This document shows, in pieces, positions 24,382-37,571 of a stretch of DNA of 64,000 nt. Source of the stretch: Tubiluchus corallicola (Eukaryota > Animalia > Priapulida); the NCBI GenBank assembly GCA_030141605.1, contig JAQGDQ010000516.1, positions 93,160 through 157,159 of the forward strand, written 5' to 3'. The notes under the pieces were generated by a model. It was not told the origin of the DNA and did not search any database. It was given only the letters and a program-made list of their open reading frames with translations. A program made the position numbers and the translations under genes. Positions within the stretch are counted from its first letter, which is position 1, and every line of letters begins with the position of its first letter.

Positions 24382-26530
24382 CTTCCTAGAATTTTGCAAT
24401 CTTCCTGTTAAAATATTTACCTGAAATATAATATCAAAAATTTACCTGAAATATAACATTAAATAAAGAAATAATTTAGCTTAATATTCAGCAATTAAAA
24501 TCATCATTGAATGGAAAAAGGAAATTGAATTGGAAACTACTTCAGCAAGATCTTTTCTTTTTCCATCATTTATCTCTTTCATTTGTTATATAATTTAGGT
24601 ACATTTCATTAAATGTTTTATTTTTAGTATTTTTACATACAGAGGAAGTCACAAATGCCAGTAGGACTCTGATCTCAGTTCACTGTCTTATCCTGGAGCT
24701 TTGGTTTAGGTTCTTTCAAATACAAATGTGCTAACAAAACACTAGCGCTTTCCACACATACACCTGCACTACCATGTTAACAATGTAAATTCTCATGCTA
24801 ATTGACTACTTGTCTTAGAACCTGTAAAGGTGGTATCGATTTGACCATTACTAGACCTTTCTAGAACATCGCATTTCCCAATAACCAGAACTTAACAGTA
24901 ACTGCACCAATCGTCTATGAGTATCACTATTTAATAGGTTACTGCAATTATCGAATGAGTTTATTAGTGATGAAGGAAACATGAACATATACGTTTAAGC
25001 CTAAGGCTACAAAACCCTATATGAATGAGGACTATGTATTCACCTAATCATTAATAATGTGATTATCTCTAATTTATGACTAATTCTAACATTTTAATTT
25101 TAATGTTTCCTTGCAACACTCACAAAATGGCTTGCTTACAGCTTTTTTATTCAACTTCCAGTGACTATGTGTGCAACACTGCAAAGCGGAGATTTACACG
25201 GAAAATGAGATTTATATGGGCCAACTTGATAGGATCAATACTGTAGAGTCATTAGTGTATGTAAGTTAATGTAAGCCACCATGACAGCAAAAACGCAAAA
25301 GTACTTGACTAATCTGAAAAATCTTTTGAGGTAAATGCTATTGCTGCTACATAGTGGACGAAAAGTGAAACAAAATCTGCTGTAGTTTTGCAACTAACTG
25401 CCAACTCATACATTTGCTCATATCAGTGTTTAGCAGAAGTTTTTGTTTGCAATGTGCCACGCTGAAAATCCTGAAAAAGGCGTTCATTTAATTACGTAAT
25501 TTTTTACTGTTTCAGCGATACACGGCTATAAAAAGTAAGCAGCATGATAAAATACATATCCTTTGCATACTATCTTACACAATTTATAGTCTGTCCCTAA
25601 ATACGTGTAAAGTCACTAACAGAAAACAGTAAACTGCACAAATTTAGCCATAATAAACTGTTTTATTTAAAACAGTAAAGAATTGCAGCACCAGACTCAT
25701 CAGCTTAAGGTGGTAATGTTACTGCTGACTACAGCACGGAAGCCCAGATTGGCAGAAGGTAAGTAAAAGAAGTAATAAAAAGTTCTTTATACACTAAGAA
25801 AAAATTAACATATATATAGAATTCGGTAGAACTCCAACATTAAAACAATACAACTACGCTAAAATTCACATCACATTGAAATTACAGGAAGATTGTGAGT
25901 ACAAAACGAATATAAACACCATGTCACATTATGCAGTAAATTTGAGTAAAAGCCAAAAAAACAACACGGGAAACCTAAAAGCAACTTAGCAATGTCAACC
26001 GATTTAGCTGAAGCGCTTGCGTGCAGACACATCTAAACCTGTGAGCAAAGCCAAATTTAGCAAGGGCAAGTTGGCAAAGTTATTGACGAGAACCACTACG
26101 AGACCTATAAAAACCTTACGATTTTTTTACATGTATTACCCCAAAATACTGACAGTCTGATATAAGTGACAATTCCCATGAAGGTCTTGCCATATTCGTG
26201 CCAGTACTGGGCCAGCAATGCTAACTGTATTATGACTAGGAAAAGGCATGTGATCACTGACCCAGGTAAGGTTTGCCTGTATGCCAGCATTGCTAAAATG
26301 AGCCGTAATAAAGCCAGAACTGGCCTGTAATGCCAATGTTTACTAGGTGATTGCGTAGCTTATTGTCGTCTTTTTGGCCGAAGTATAGAAATGTCAAACT
26401 CGTAGATAAAGTGTGACCATATAATTTATTGAAGTACAAAAAACATCCATAGTAATAACGTAAAGATGTGAACAACTAAAGCAATAGCAAATATATATAC
26501 TTAAAGCACTAATCATATATATATATATAT

Positions 26531-27570
26531 AATAATCTTTATTTGCCATTAAAAACATTGATAATCACTGATAAAAACTTTACAGAGATAATCAATCAGT
26601 GTTAGTTAACAAAAACTTACACTGCTGAAGGCAAATGCGTCAGTGCAATCTAAACTACTGTGCAGTAATGACGAATAAAATCAAACATATTTACAACTAT
26701 ACACAAAAAAATATATAAAAAAAAACTATGATTTAATTAATATGGCCGTGGGTATATGAATTCGGAATTAGTGTGTATGTTGTCGTACTGGTGTGATGGT
26801 ATTTCATATATGGTTAATATTAGTGATTTTAATTTTGTTTTAAATGCTGATAGGGACTTGATTTGTTTAACCTGTAATGGTAGAGAATTCCAAAGTAAAA
26901 TTGCTTGTTTGATTACAGAGTTCGTTCCATAGTGGGTATTTGTCCTAATTTGTTTTAGATTGCTTGTTCTGGAATTAACGATAGGATTTGGAAAAAAGGT
27001 AAGTCTGTTATTCTGGAATGGTTTGCTGATGTTGTTAATGTACTTAAATATAAAAAGCAGAGTAAAATATTCTTTGTGTGCTTCAATGATTGGGAATTTT
27101 AAAGTTTTTCTCAGGTTAGTTGTTGAAGCTTTGAATTTTTGTCTACCTGCCTTGAGTTTGTATGAGTACCCAGCTATCAATCTCAACGCATAGTTTTGAA
27201 GGAGATTTAATTTTAAGTAATTTTCTCTTTTGGTTTTTTGAAGTAGCGTACATCCATATAAGAAGTGTGGTAGAACTAAAGTTTTATATATTAGTGTTTT
27301 AGTTTCCTTTGTTAGTTGCCCTTTAACTTGTCGGAGATATGATGTGCTAGATGCCATTTTTGTGTATATGTTATTAAAGTGATCATCCCATGAAAGATTA
27401 TTGTCTACTTGTATGCCCAGGAATTTAACATTGTTAGTTTGTTTGATTACAGCATTATCTATTGTCAAAGTGGTTGATGATGCATCATTAGTATTTAATG
27501 AGGGTGACCGTATCATGAATTCTGTTTTATCATAATTCACTTCTCCTCTACTGCTGCAGCATTCTGACAC
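26531..27570 (-). mobile_element. 5'-truncated LINE (CR1/L2/Crack group): end of RT, ORF2 C-terminus and 3' UTR
   Basis: Open ORF 26737-27570 with KTEFM, KFLGIQVDNNLSW, IYKTLVLPHFLYG, LQNYALRLI and LWNSLP; 3' end ggcaaataaagattatt next to a (TA)n tract. Confidence 0.9.
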
Positions 27571-29980
27571 TGCTTATATTCTCTTTTACTGAGCTATTAT
27601 TAGAAAGCCTATTTTTACACCTAACATCAATTATATCCTTAGTATTGTCTTCTGTTGACTTGCTAGTCAATGGTCAACAACTATTCTTAGAACATTTACT
27701 CAATGACAGTTAGCTTAGCACTAATTGGCTGCTTGCACAACAGTGGCTATTATCTGTCAATCATTGCTGCATCATCTAACTCTGCTCACTGGTCAGTATT
27801 AGCTCACCATTAGTCAATGGCATTGCATGACCTCTATATAAGCTAGAGCATGTAATCCAAACCAAAAGTGTACTTGTGTTTATGGTAGTGCAGATATGTT
27901 TACATATTGGTAGTTCTTATTTAACATAGCGGTTCAATGTTAACTAACATTATATATAGCGCAGTGTAACCAGATTACGCCATTTTTCATTAAAAATGAG
28001 CACACCCAAGCATGAAGTGATCATGATTAAATTTATTCTACAAATTACAAGAGAGCCTTATCGGTTCACAACTCTATTGCTGAAACTGTCAAACATTTGT
28101 GTCATTAATATCAAAATAAGATCAGCTTCCCGAGAGACTTAGCTTTTCCTTTAGTGAACTCTGATGAATATAAAACTTGACAAGAAAGACAATTGTAACA
28201 CTTGCATAGCTAGTAAAAAACATGTTCATTGAAGTGTGGTGTATTATAAAGTAACTTTTTGATCATTATGAGAGCCCTGGAAGTGAAATGAATTATAGTT
28301 GTAGTAGTAGAAAAATCGGATAGAAAACTTGAAAAAGCAAATAAATACAACTCAATGAAAGTCACCATAAAATAGAAAATAATTATAATGAATTCAAATC
28401 GAAAACAATGGTATGGCTAAATTAAGATTTTTGCCTCTATGAAAAGTTTACATGACTGAACATTTGCTTAAAAGATGTTTACTAGCTTGCAATATCTGAA
28501 GGGTCGACCCCCCCCAGTCAATCATGATAACTGTCGTGAACTGATTTACGAGTTTGTTTGTGAACTTTATAAACTTTAAATCAAATTAGATTACAGTGAA
28601 CCATTTTCTCACCTGACTTGTTTCTGATATGCATTACCCAAGGTTAACAGTTTCAACGGATTTGAGCTTTTACAGTTTTAATCTAGTAGCCACAACGTAG
28701 TATACAGGAAAGACAGTCAATAATAAAGTGTTTGTGCTGCCAAATAAATTTGGTTTATGTTGCTACATATATTGACAAAAGCCTTTTTCACAATAACTAC
28801 TAACTGCTGAACCGAAAATTGGTCGTTTTAATAATCAAAAATCGCTTCCGAAGCTGCAGAACAAGATTTCTCTTACTGTTGGGTATAATACTTTGCGCAC
28901 TATTCTGCGTACATGGCAGGACCAAGTCATTTGCTGGATTACTGATGTATTTACCTGTCTTGCGGGCAAAATTCTTTTATTTCAAAATGTTGTCACCCCA
29001 ATGCCTACAATCGATGTAATGGGTGGATGATTATGACCTGTTAACTTTTTCGTGAATGGTGTGTCATGTTCAATTTCAAATTTAGCGAGTGTGCACAAAG
29101 CTCAAACGACGCTTTTGTTGTATTGTGAAATCAACTTGGGCAATCGCCAGTTTACATAACTGCCGTATTCAAAGGTACCATATGAAGTTACATAATTTTT
29201 CTCGCAGTGTTTAGCAGTCTAAGGACAGTCTCTAGCAGTCCCTGTCGAAACTGTTGTTATGGCTGCCATCCTTAGTTACACTTACAGTCTGTTAGTTACT
29301 GTTAGGGTATCGGTTGTAGTGTAGTAGTCTGATAGTGTACGTTGTGTATGTACTAAGTACTACCGTTATGTAGTTATAATTTTGGGTAAGTTTTTTGGCT
29401 GACCCTTTCAATGCACTGTGCACTGTAATGAAAAAATTGTCTTGTGTTATTCACAACAAGTTCAGAATAAGTACTAAAACAGTAAATGCGCAACCTTAAT
29501 AATTTTCGACAATTCTTATCAAAGCACAGTACAACTTTGCTAAACAAAATGATCATGTGTGATGCAAATCACTTACTGCATTAACTAGTGACCGCAAACC
29601 AATAGGCTGATTTTTGCTTCCCTTTTTGTCCAATACTAGATAGCAGTAACTGTGCCAAGCTGCACAAGACTTTACCACCCAAGCGGCAACACTTTTCACC
29701 TCGTTTTGCTGTCATGGTGATTTCCAGTTTTGGTGAACCAGATGTTATGCTAGCCTACATAAAAATAAAGGTTTGGCTTGCAGCTCCTTCCATATTACAC
29801 GTACACTCATATTTCGAAAAAATGTCATGCAAATTTATATAAATGGGTGTTTTAGAATGCACTTTTTATGACTTTGATTATTGTACTGTTTAAGCTATAT
29901 ATCAGTGATTCTGATTTTGTTTTTAGGTTACCATTAACTTTCAGACATAAAATTTAAAAACCAGATAAACTGTTTTTGCA

Positions 29981-32900
29981 ATGGCAAATGCTCCTACAAT
30001 TTGTGGTGATATCACTGAGGCTATAGACCTTTTTCCTCAACATGGACTTTACCTCAAACCAATAGCCAAGTTGAGTATATGTGTACAGATGCCTCAACTA
30101 AAAACTCCAGGTAAATCCATTTCTAACTGGGAAGTCATGGAGAAATTGAAGCAGATGATCGCACCAGATGAATTTATCGTTCTCAAGGTCAGTAAAAGTG
30201 CCCTAGAGTTTGTGCGCTTTGAAGGCGAATTAGAAAATAAAGCCGTCATTCCTACGCTACTTGCTCGCCTAGATAATAAAACTATGAAACTTAGTGGTTT
30301 TACAGAACAGTTGAAAGTACGTGCTTGTGAGGCCAAAATTGTTTTTCCTTCACGACACGATTGGGAAGCGTACTTCCGAGATGCAAAGCACATGAATGAG
30401 ATGAAACCAGGTGAACGCCCTGACACTATACACTTCAGTGCAGTGCCAGCTAAATGGTTTGCTGCCCGAAATGACAAAGTAAAAGATAAGCCAAGTGACT
30501 TCATAGTGAGAAAAGTTTTTGAAACATTTGGTGATATTCGTTGCATTGACATACCGTGTTTAGACGAATATCGACAGGAGCTAACAAAGTCTCAGGGAAT
30601 ACAGACATTTTCTTTTAGCAAAGATCTTTTCTTTGAAACCTACATACAATACAAGGAATATGTGTCATTTGTGAAAACAATGACAGCTCTGCGAGGAATG
30701 AAGCTCATGTATAAAGATGCTGATAATAAAGCTTATACAACAGATATCAAGGTATGGCACATATCTTCAAAAGTGCTCTATTTACATCTATTAGATAGAT
30801 AGTAGTTCAGTTTATTTTGTTTCATTGTCTCATTTATCTTAAATTTTAGTACTTGAATAATCAATCCATTTTCCTGCAAGAATTACTATTAATTCTGGAG
30901 ATAACAATACTTGTGCTATAAACATCAAAGCTGATTTTTATGTACAGTAGGCGCCACTTAATGGACTCGTGGTTAATAGACTCAATCGCTTGACTCAAAA
31001 ACGCCTGGTACGGGCAGCTTCTATTTAAGTGTACATAAAAACTGTCATTAATTGACTCGAATAACTCCTCATAATTGACTTAATACTTTTTCTTCACATG
31101 CTTCAGTAAGACACTTTCGTGTGACTAATAAGCTTTTATGACTTTCAGATCATCTTAATTTGCCTTTGTCCTATAATATACATAGAAACAATGATATTAA
31201 GTACCGTTTTGTTTGTAAGCAGGAACGTTTAGCATACGCTAATTACGTTAGCCTAATGGTTTGCTTTGACCCGCCGGTCCACTGCAATTAACCTTGTTAT
31301 CCAAGAATTCCTGAAAGCTAAACATTTAGTCACTTGAAGCAGTTTGCTTTTGAAGCTCTGACTGTCTCTGAAAGAAAATTTAATTAGTTAGATGTTGCTG
31401 TTATGCCAGAGACACAGGTACAGTACGGTAAGTATGTCACAATTATAGCAAGTGGGAACTTAGACGAAGCTGCCACAGGCTCCACCAACAGTTTAACCAC
31501 GCCAAGCACTAAGATTTTACGAGAATTTGGGCATTGTACAACAACAGATTTTCAATATTTTTATCACTGCGCCAACTTCTTTGTGATAAAATGAAGCAGC
31601 CGACTTTGAAAGAATTTTTGTAATTTTTGCAAATAAACAAACTTGTGTAATTTAGAAAAGTAAATTTTTTAATTTATTGGCTAATTCACTTATATAAATT
31701 AATATTTTAAAATATTTTTTCTAATTTTTAACTGCGCAAAGGAATTTAGGCATTACTTCGTTTCTAAAATTCATTAAAAATCTTTGCAATGCATACTAAG
31801 CTGATGACTCATATTTCTATACAGTCATACCTCCGTTGTCGAACATCTCCGTACTCGTACGAATCGGTCTACGACCAGAAAATTCAAGCTGAAATTGTCT
31901 CCGCTCTCGACCAGAATTTCGGTACTCGACCAAACACGCAGCGAGCCGAGTAGAGTCGAGCGTAACTGACCGCGCCCGAGAGTAGTCACGCACAAGATTT
32001 AAATTGCCTAACATCGCTAAGTGATTTCTACGCTTATTTTTCTCCACTTTTTCCGTGCAGGAACATTTATGTTGTTCTTTCAAAGTAATTCTATTATGTT
32101 TTTCTTATCAATTGTATCATATCTACTGTTTGAATAAACATTTTTGCATTATTATATTTCGTTTTAGTAATACTTCACAATTCATTTGGTATTTAAGAAC
32201 GGATTATTTGCTTTTACATTATTTTTTATGAGAATAAATAATTCGGTACTCAACCAAATCGGTTTCCAAACACTTTCCAATTATGGTCGAAAACAGAGGT
32301 ACTACTTTACCAGTAATACTACACCCATCGGTTAATTGGGTCAAAATGCTTCCATCCCAAAGTGAGTGTATTAAGCGGTGCCTACTGTACTTGCTGTTGT
32401 TGCTGCTAAGTTATAACTGGGTATTTTTCTGGCAACGTTGTTATCATGAGAACTTTTCTTTCTATCATAACCAGTGATAGACTAGATACTTAAACTAATC
32501 CAAAAAGGTTTGGTTTTAAAGTTCACTGTTTTTTTTTACTTTTAATGCGTATATAAATAGTTATTTGTCAAGTCACATCTCTGTTGTTGGTTTTCGTTTT
32601 AATGTCAGGCTGATTTTGACAAAACCAAACATCTCAGTGACAAAAATATCCGAAAACGGCGGCTGGAACGAGAAAAACTGAAAAACCTTGAAAAAGAAAG
32701 AGAAGAGAGGGTGCGGAGAGAACGAGAAGAAGAAGAAAGAAGGAAAGAAGAAGAGAGGTGAGGTTTTTAAGTATTCATTAGTGGCAGAAATTCAAGTGTA
32801 AGAAAATTTAGATAGCGGAAGTACTGATTTATAAGTGTATAGACTATAATATATAGCAAAATGTTCATTAGTAATTTTATTGGTAAAGAGTATAATAAGC

Positions 32901-35900
32901 TGATTTAGACACTATGATAGGAAAACATCAAGCAATATTCAGTGTAAATCAGGTTAGGAGGTGCTGATGTTTTTCCAGGCATGAAAAGATGTGTATATAA
33001 ATGCAATGTTTAAACCTCTAAGTCCATTCTGGAACATTTCAATTCATATCATAAAATTACAGCTTCTATACTAACGTTTCTCTTTGCTGCAGATTAATAG
33101 TGGATGAAAAATGCAACATTGAGTATCGAACTTTGACCAGTTTGATTGTAAACTTCAGTTGGCACTTATGGTTTGGTGCTTCAGTCTTGTCCGTTTTGAT
33201 TTAAGGACCGTAACAACAGTTGCATATTGGATCTTCTGTCTATTAAATTTGTCACTAGAAAATTGCTTCTTTGTTCTTTCCCTATTGAACTTGGACTTTG
33301 CGATTTTTCCTAGAATGTATCAAAACTGTGAAAACTATAAAAGAATGTGAATGAATCTTAGCAGTTTTTCTGTTAGTTGCAACTATTACTAGGGTAATAT
33401 CAACACTGCTAGGCAGTAATTCTAACATCCCTTCACCAATGTCGCACTACTTACTTTTTGCTGCTGCTTTTTTCTAATTTATGCCTATTATCAAATATTA
33501 ACAATTTCTCATGAATTACCAATAATAAACTTAAGTTAATGATAAACTTTTTTACTGTGTGAGTAGCAATATCATGCAGCACCCGCAGTGTTCATCGTTC
33601 AGTTTACTATGTTGTACAAAAGTCATATTATATGCTACATATGTGAATAGCCATGTTATACTATTGTCAAGGTTTTCGTGTATGTTAATATCAGTTATAT
33701 TTAGTTTTCATAATTGCCGAGTCATTAACAATTTTGGTTTTTTCTTAGCTTATAGTGTGTAGCCTTTGCCCTGACTACCTAACTATTTGGTTTCCTGCCT
33801 TCTCTTACTACAAAATTGTAGCATGTTTTACAGAAAACAGATTATTTTCAATTTTGTACCACAGTGTGATGAACAAGCTGAAGTTTAAGTAATTTTTAAG
33901 TCTTTATAATCATATAGAAAAAAGAAGGAAGAAGAAGGAAGAGAAAAACTGCTGCGAAAGAAAGCAAAGGCTCAAAAGAAGAGAGAACGTCAACGTGAGA
34001 GAGAGGAGAAGCGAAGACAACGGCGCTTGGCAAAGAAGCAGGAAGAAGAAGAAAGGAAGATGGCATTGCGGATTGCGCAAGAGGAACGTAGAATATTAAT
34101 AGCCCAACGGAAATTAGAATCTATGAGGCTTCTCACTGAATTATTCGATCGCGTGAAGGTAAATAATTTTGTACTTTTCTTATGTCTCTGAGGCTCTGTC
34201 TCTGAACTCAAGGCCACAGGTTCCTTTTACTACTAATGTCCTCACACAGTAAAACGTCAAATGTGCAACGACCTGGAAACAAATTTACATCAATGTACAC
34301 TATGTATATTCACTGGTCATTTTGGATTATGTATCATTCAAACAGATAAGGTCAAAGTGATCTGGGTCGCTGATCTAGAACTAATTTTTCCAGGAATTGT
34401 CGTAAGTGTATGAGGCAGAGAAGCCAAAGAGCATGTACTTCAGGGCCATTGTTTCACTTACAGCAAGTTGTTTCAAGTTTAATTAGTTCCAAAGATGTAG
34501 CTGTAGAAAACATACTTAAGTTAAAGAAAAAACTACTTTTATAATTTTAGCAGTGTTGTAATATTATATTATCAAAGGTGCTTCAACAGCCTTTATCAGT
34601 TAATGCATCACAACGTTATTTGCGTTCCATCAAACTAATGAGGGTTGTCGAAACGTCTTTGATGACACTTTATTGCACCATTTAAAGGCTATTGGACCAA
34701 GTTTTTTGTTTATTTTGTTTAGTGATATTAACTATGGTAATGCCTCTGATCTTAAAGGTGATGAATATGTACTTAAGAATTTCGATCAACTTTACATAGT
34801 TTTTCGAAATTTGCTACTGTACCTCCTGTAATAATGACCTTTGAGTTACTGACACTACTAGACAGTGCTTATGAAGAGCTTATGTTTCGTATAAATGTTA
34901 TAATTTCTACTTTCCCAGGAAATTAAAGCTAAGGAAGACTTAGAACGCCGACTTCAAGAGTTGGAGGTGGAAAAAATTCGAGCAGTAGAACAGGAAAAGC
35001 AGCGCCTTATTGATGAAGCAAAGAGAAAGCGTGAAGAAGAAAAACATAAAAAGGTAGACTCGTAGTGTGTGCACTGTGCCTGAACGACTAATGTTTATGA
35101 TGCCCTAACCTTTTTATGTTACACCCTGTGATTTTGTCCCAAACATTCACACTTATTGATCTTAGTAAGAAAAGAAGCTGTTCCCATAGTTTCACATTTA
35201 AATTTAGCTTTTAGCATTTAATAAATTTTTTGAGGTTTTTAAGATAGACATCTTGGCATTGTGGAACAGAACTGTGTAAAACCTAAATGTTCTGTTTTTA
35301 TGTGGTTGGTTACATTTTGAAAAAATAGGCAAAAGTTAATCTCCAGTTATGGTTAATGCATGGTGTTATAGTCAGGCAGATTTTTGGCATATCAAAACAC
35401 TTCTTCGTTTGCTTCCTGGCTTGTCATTTGATTATGTGAGCTATATGAACATATATTTTTTAATCATGGAGTTCTTCTGAAAATACCCCCCATTTTATGA
35501 AAATAGACTATCTTATTCGCTGCCTTTGCTTTGTCATAGCATGCCTCCTATGCACTGTTGTGAGCCAAAATTTTGCATTTTGTCTTTCTTAACAGCTAAG
35601 TTATGTAACAGATATACACACAACATCTGTGAGCAACTGCACAAAAAGTTATAAGGGTTTTTCACATGATTGGGATGTCAGAAATGAAAAATTAATGTGA
35701 ATCATAATCTTAGTCGCTTTGCTTTGCAGTAATAAAGGATATTGTTGATCAATTTGGTTGTTTTTACCTAGGCGGTACTCAAGAGAAAAGAAGAGGAATT
35801 ACGCCAAAAAATTATGCGAAATTTTAAACGAAGGCAAGAGGAGCAGCACGACCAAGAAAGAGAGCAATTACGTAAAAAACTTGCCGGTACCACAAGATTA

Positions 35901-35975
35901 AAATCTGTTCTAGCGGCTACAGCTCCGAAGAAGAAGGGTTCACCACGACTAAGAAGTGTTTTAGTTCCCAAATGA
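29981..35975 (+). CDS. AKAP17A: A-kinase anchor protein 17A (SFRS17A/XE7); exons 29981-30751, 32609-32757, 33918-34158, 34919-35053, 35772-35975; 499 aa
   Basis: GLYLKPIAK...PGKSISNWEVMEKLK, FPSRHDW, MNEMKPGERPDTIH, ALRGMKL, DFDKTKHLS, then an E/R/K-rich coiled coil; phases consistent (1500 nt); probable 5' UTR intron 29386-29926. Confidence 0.95.
30945..32387. mobile_element. Tc1/pogo-type non-autonomous element (outer) in AKAP17A intron
   Basis: TA|cagtaggcgccacttaat ... attaagcggtgcctactg|TA: 18-bp imperfect TIRs with TA duplication. Confidence 0.8.
31822..32307. mobile_element. pogo-like MITE nested inside the 30945-32387 element
   Basis: TA|cagtcatacctccgttgtcgaac ... ggtcgaaaacagaggtactactt|TA imperfect TIRs; repeated internal ggtactcgaccaaa motif. 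Confidence 0.75.
34571..34664. repeat. Small fold-back carrying a degenerate minimal hammerhead motif
   Basis: Arms 34571-34601 and 34633-34663 are imperfect reverse complements; plus arm reads catcaaa-ctaatga-gggttgtc-gaaac-gtc-tttgatg. Confidence 0.65.
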
Positions 35976-36421
35976 CCTTTAGTATAGGTAGGCTCTTTGT
36001 GTTTAGAACATATGTTTATGTAAATACGTTGAACCGGTAAATAGGTTATTTGTAGTGATTTGCATTGCATTGTTTGCCAAAGTTTGAAAAGTTGGTCAAA
36101 TTGACCTATAATACTGACCAGCCATTGGTCATGTCTTCATTGCTATCTTGTTTAGATTTGGTTTCCAAACATCCTTTATTAGATTTTGACTGGTGATACC
36201 TCTTGTATCATATTGTAGTTACATTTTTTGATACAAATTGATCTGTAAGCTATTTGTTTAAATGAGTTAATCCCAAGATGAAACAGTCAATTACGTTGCC
36301 AGGATTATTGTTAATTGGCTATGTCAATTATTTTTATAGGGTTATCATGCATTAATAATTATAATAATTTGCGCCTTCCACAAAGCTAAATGTAGTAGAC
36401 TGACTTTACCCTATAACTTAA

Positions 36422-36770
36422 CCCTCAGCCACTGGCATTGGGGTACAAAAACACCCCTAAAGTCAGTTGAAGCCACCAGTATCTGTCCCTTTTTATGTTT
36501 AAATGTCTACTATAAATAGATGTCGTTTGACCTCTTGTGCAACACTTACTTTCACTATAATCTAAGTTTAAATGAATTTTTACCCCCAGTTCTGGTATTA
36601 CCATTGTTTTGAGTTTCTCCATTATTTCATGTAGACAGAAATGAGAAGGTCAACAAATGCTAAATATTTGTACAGGACGAGCTAACTTTTCTTGTGTATT
36701 TATGTATTGGATGCAATTATAGCCCATTGCCGGGATTTTTGTGGCCAGAAAACTTGACGGTTGCCGAGGG
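36422..36770. mobile_element. piggyBac-type MITE
   Basis: TTAA|ccctcagcca ... ttgccgaggg|TTAA: TTAA target duplication with CCCT/AGGG termini. Confidence 0.75.
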
Positions 36771-37382
36771 TTAATAAAGATTTTTTTCAGAAAAAGACAT
36801 GAAGCTGCAAGAAACAGAAAATTGCTTTTCTTCACGTTTGTTACTTATGTTTGTTTCCTGTATGCTTTAAAACAACTGTGATGATACCAAAAAAATAATA
36901 ATAGTGCAAAAATACAGAAACATTTTTTGAATTAATACAAGCATTTATAATACCCTTTAACAAGAACTAAGACTCAGCCCATGCTAACCATATCAAATTT
37001 AAAGAAATTATAACTGAATCAAGATTGCTAAACTATAAAGAATCTGTAAATTTTCTTTGGTATGACTATAACTAGACCTCAAAAAGCTCTAAAAAACTTA
37101 TATTCTGGATATGTTGCTGTACTTCTTGTAAATTAATCTCAAAAAATGATGCATGAAACCAAAATTGGTAAACGTGTACACCGATAATATTAGAAACTTG
37201 ATGACTTGACAGCTCCAACAATTATTATTAAAAAACTTCTTAACAATATTATTAATTATTACACATGTAAATTACAATATCTCACGAAAAACATTATTAC
37301 ATCCTTTTAACAATACACTATTTACAAATATTTAATTATTAAAATTACAGAACAGCTGTTTATTATGCTTTACAAGTTATAT

Positions 37383-37571
37383 AATCATTTATCTAAATCC
37401 CAGAACGTTTCACAAAGTTTCTCTTTGAACCATTGGCCTAAAGTCAGATTAAATTTGAACAACTACTGGATAATTTATTCAACTTTAACTAGTTGTTCAA
37501 ATTTAATCCGTCTTTAGGCCGAACATACAAAAAGAAACTTTGTGAAACATTCCCGGTTTTAATAAATGATT
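37383..37571. repeat. Long imperfect inverted repeat (arms about 83 bp, loop about 25 nt)
   Basis: aatcatttat...gtttcacaaagtttct...ggcctaaag...gattaaatttgaacaacta pairs with tagttgttcaaatttaatc...ctttaggcc...agaaactttgtgaaac...ataaatgatt. Confidence 0.9.

Noticed and set aside
24961-25058. gtgatga with flanking inverted repeat as a C/D snoRNA
   Set aside because: No CTGA D box at the 3' end
30094-30552. Antisense ORFs over AKAP17A (likewise over PGRMC, RPP38, ETFDH and LINE ORF1)
   Set aside because: Expected shadow ORFs opposite genuine coding sequence
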